A stretch of 64,000 nt of DNA, taken from NCBI GenBank assembly GCA_964396185.1, contig CAYNEI010000001.1, positions 76,014 to 140,013 of the forward strand, read 5' to 3'. A program made the position numbers and the translations under genes. Position 1 is the stretch's first letter. Each line of letters opens with the position of its first letter. A model generated the notes under the pieces. That model was given only the letters and a program-made list of their open reading frames with translations, did not search any database and had not been told where the DNA came from. This document shows positions 63,201-64,000 of this stretch, piece by piece. Origin of the DNA: an uncultured Thermoplasmatales archaeon. Lineage in GTDB: Archaea > Thermoplasmatota > SW-10-69-26.

Positions 63201-64000
63201 ACCATCACCTGTTCCCAATAGCGCGCAGCCCCTTTGCCGTCCTCCTCGAAGGAGACACTCGGGTCGAGGCGCTCGCCACCCGCGATGGGGGTGAAGCCCT
63301 CGGCGCGACCGTCGAGATCCAAGGCGGTGGCATGGGCGCGGTAGATCGAGGGAGTCCCCGTCAAGCCACCGGAGGAGTCGGCGACCGAGAAGAGCGTGGA
63401 GTTGTAGAACGCGGTCCCGTGGCCGAAGTCGTCGAGCCGGTAGGTGTCATCGCCTAGCGTGTCCACGAAGGCGGCCAAGCTGGGGAGGTTCATGGGCAGT
63501 TGCTCGCCGGTCTTGGGCATGACCGCTCCCATGCCGTTCTCGGCACGGTACCGGTCATCTCCCCTCGCATCGAAGAGGAAGCCGTAGCCGTCGAGCTCCA
63601 CGAGGCCGAGCCCGTCAGTGGTGCGGTAGTCGTCCGAGCCGTTGAGATCGATGATGCCCGCCGTGGCCCCACCAGCGGCGTAGGCGACGCGATCGCCCCG
63701 ATAAGTGTCGTCGCCGTCCAGGTCGATGACGATACTGGCCGGCTGGGGAACGGCTAGCGTTGCTTCGATGTCGGTGAAGTTGTCCGCCCGTCTGCCCTCG
63801 CGGCCGACGCTATCGCCGGCGATTTCAAGGAAGACCTCGGTGAACACGTCCACGAGGAAGTTGCCCGTCGATATGCCGCCATCGGTCTCCTCGTCGATGG
63901 GGTCCGTGACCTCGCTGACCCCCGCGCCGGGGCCGCGGGCATGCAGGATGCGCTTGGTGCCGTTGGCATGCGCGACGTTCTTGTACGTGTCGTTGCCGCC
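57290..64000 (-). CDS. Giant anchored surface protein, 5'-truncated by the right window edge (>2236 aa): RTX-like G(D/N)DTY motifs, Ig-like domains, FN3 domain
   Basis: The frame stays open from the track's GTG (63853) to nt 64000 (..GGNDTYKNVAHANGTKRILHARGPG..), so the true start is outside the window. Motifs DGDDTY, NGSDDY, RGDDRY, LGDDTY, AGDDTY, SGDDTY, QGDDHY and GGSDTY recur. An FN3-like segment lies at about 57707-57964 (LIQWAPADDDGGIGHYVVERS..YRVQAVDLSGKQSVWS). The C-terminal anchor is LPVPTLSAPLAILLTLLGAVLARRRWEP. Its TGA overlaps the next ATG (ATGA). Confidence 0.85.
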   Translation of the reverse strand, partial: GGNDTYKNVAHANGTKRILHARGPGAGVSEVTDPIDEETDGGISTGNFLVDVFTEVFLEIAGDSVGREGRRADNFTDIEATLAVPQPASIVIDLDGDDTYRGDRVAYAAGGATAGIIDLNGSDDYRTTDGLGLVELDGYGFLFDARGDDRYRAENGMGAVMPKTGEQLPMNLPSLAAFVDTLGDDTYRLDDFGHGTAFYNSTLFSVADSSGGLTGTPSIYRAHATALDLDGRAEGFTPIAGGERLDPSVSFEEDGKGAARYWEQVMVPTGSGASNADCEDETQSNECSFAGEVFRTHFFTVQALQRGYFANTTELSNGTITVSNMTAEARPSVSILELGSGSIFGFRLPEGFQDLELPGLLEMALTDRNDIHDGLFPAILIDAAGDDTYINATPTNLFVDITESSSASSTQSLPMLVLDASGDDTYLGDTAHVRADTTNVHERQLVAAGVAAVVADIQGDDHYMGNVSSVTFNATVPMTADRLTLLVYDANGTDRYDTGDGQMAGVRLEETIDPGDLGNSQQAMPDYTTAVLLDGGRGRNTFQTGQGSLGGVVLDVRTGDTNGAVFQDGRIIAGAVVTSGSDYTVGPASLGAIDWRSCVENAQGGCDDVGESNRALVQPPFIQGLLPGASVAALFLGSQGSDTYRIHDLPGPGEVITGDSDGDGVEDACQQFDPTTVNNLPYWITRFIDLGGSDTYELSRTDIDVRAWGNDNDWNGIECEDGGVDETLKRCDNELSTNAVHPSINDSALRAARNVFCSGNWVGGLATVIALLSFTEATAETLDDQGVPYVIGEAYPLARQLLNDLPAASTIERRWADAQGIDNVLPWATTPVGTVSETADRSLESFVDLLSAEICTGQPRSFAESDGKALVVDGMSCGTGPTLDEKMHISLRSELEVPVNLLDTLDPCDIGRASDEGGQNASLGLEIHDSNVPRGNPLAQGLSGCWAVLELHVNSTETSKFHDIGPSPIWEPRIPNATRDTVVLEGPVICTIVDDGGNSGILSVVPVEGIACSTDAFPTPHHVDGTGGHEAGRVLLPEGDYRYNLTFHGALETLLGANAEVDGTLRVDYETPFGDPVRPSLPDPIGTWIESHDDNTTELPTYLDGIWVRAKSQSSTSRPQAVEVWSPMQLNHVPHVYPVLAHKGTVYSAADDRISDVSWNDDLGLWMTTYRLVEDDELAPLFGFTPGSSTLPLAEGPNEVELWLVFDRGFEFRVLDIPQQRIADTLIVDDESPELSISPGKPQIDRVTAGYAQLACPGSFEKLFEAVTSPGRIDCLRFELPINVTDDSPIRSMTVAGLDDSIRGPLPVGPDGDPITVLLPPNDDRVREELTCNTEPLDEAACLVELNRTYAGPSQDGTGWERRATLNVTFNLDSSDAGDIDRAAGRLVTGDEEARLVVPGGVRTVDDARRVASSGLGSIRINLAPPEDLVLTCGGAGTSLITNATTADLLYQELSDDVLGLFIETRLLGEQSWERAPGAYHELDDLEEVDQDCESDDRSDWKRLTVDIQELRGLGEDEQAVVQVRTVALDETGNEELSRSAFDAVITYDLRAPEINVTQTRSAPHGATLEITADEPVRIVDAELQLTPERVRGPTQLLPSAFTDEHHLSFTRLKANQTYPVTLEIIDLAGHRVTQSVNVTAARTLNVTLEPVAEVSGDQALFTWLAGAMPTVEGGDPSTLVTLEARADGTPCASRSIPSFISAPMDDPSSHEATLSILDCPAGNLTLHATFTTGLETVALATRTIHDTRAPVPGHVVEGELSSTGWYTSKVRIKPTATDDASETTAHILHDGHKLKALTLSQPGVHTIQVQATDAVGRNATRTFEVPVDLDPPSVELIPEDPLPVKRPMLDLRVASTDDASGLRSIRTQAANGSWTPWFPVIQGITMPVDVRGIDVLVAEGIDRAGHTTRVTLPLRSALEAPEVLGERITAEGPGTIQATVDLDRSAPLVATALTGDQVLAKASSEAAETHTLTLTGLPPGQEVTVEIAAQLATGSQHTLIERAIQLPDDAAPPTPPKAVETKVNDDGTVLIQWAPADDDGGIGHYVVERSNTEGTTTQITNETQVLDDPTPGLAHAYRVQAVDLSGKQSVWSPATTVDGELATRLAHYSFDPRIADEGDPVTVRTVIQASQRPGSVSIEIGDATHELHLESGGEGRWLYQASIPFPTTDLFDPADVRFLVDGQAYPDEGTLPGPIVQAAALDADSGLLPVPTLSAPLAILLTLLGAVLARRRWEP

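Noticed and set aside
29182-64000. Catalytic domains (HExxH proteases, transglutaminase Cys-His-Asp core, Walker-A ATPases) inside the giant operon proteins.
   Set aside because: I scanned the translations by eye and found none. Absence by eye is weak evidence, so it is recorded as not supported rather than excluded.

Overview
This is a GC-rich window from what looks like a salt-in halophile, probably an archaeon. The taxonomic call is inference. It rests on extremely acidic, Lys-poor proteins, TTTATA-type boxes about 27 nt upstream of apparently leaderless starts, GGAGG Shine-Dalgarno sites on other genes, many N-x-S/T sequons, and C-terminal helix plus basic-tail anchors. No rRNA, tRNA, CRISPR array, transposase or integrase was recognised.

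The window falls into three blocks.

(1) 1-16.5 kb, + strand. A tandem array of six paralogous genes encodes about 810-840 aa secreted acidic proteins of a family I do not recognise. Copy 1 is cut by the left edge. The copies are separated by a repeated intergenic module: GC hairpin terminator, CT-rich tract, palindromes, promoter, SD. One module carries a (CT)17 microsatellite. Another is interrupted by an AbiEi-like cassette flanked by 41-bp direct repeats.

(2) 16.5-29 kb. Stand-alone secreted or anchored surface proteins (PKD-domain protein, 1180-aa protein, helical 449-aa protein, 394-aa protein) are interleaved with toxin-antitoxin-type modules: HTH-ImmA/IrrE + DUF4411, VapB-like + PIN, and AbrB/MazE + MazF. 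There is also an ORF-free, hairpin-dense 417-nt element.

(3) 29-64 kb, - strand. This is the most interesting candidate system. Seven genes are joined by ATGA/GTGA overlaps, totalling about 11,600 codons inside the window. They encode four giant surface proteins (>2236, 4099, 1326 and 2027 aa). After these come DUF4350-like and DUF58 genes and a 1153-aa polytopic membrane/Ig-repeat protein. The 2027-aa protein ends in a DUF4129-like cytoplasmic tail. This gives a MoxR-accessory triad (DUF58/DUF4350/DUF4129) wired to mega-adhesin-like genes, with no AAA+ ATPase visible in the window.

The many long opposite-strand ORFs in the track are GC-driven antisense artefacts.
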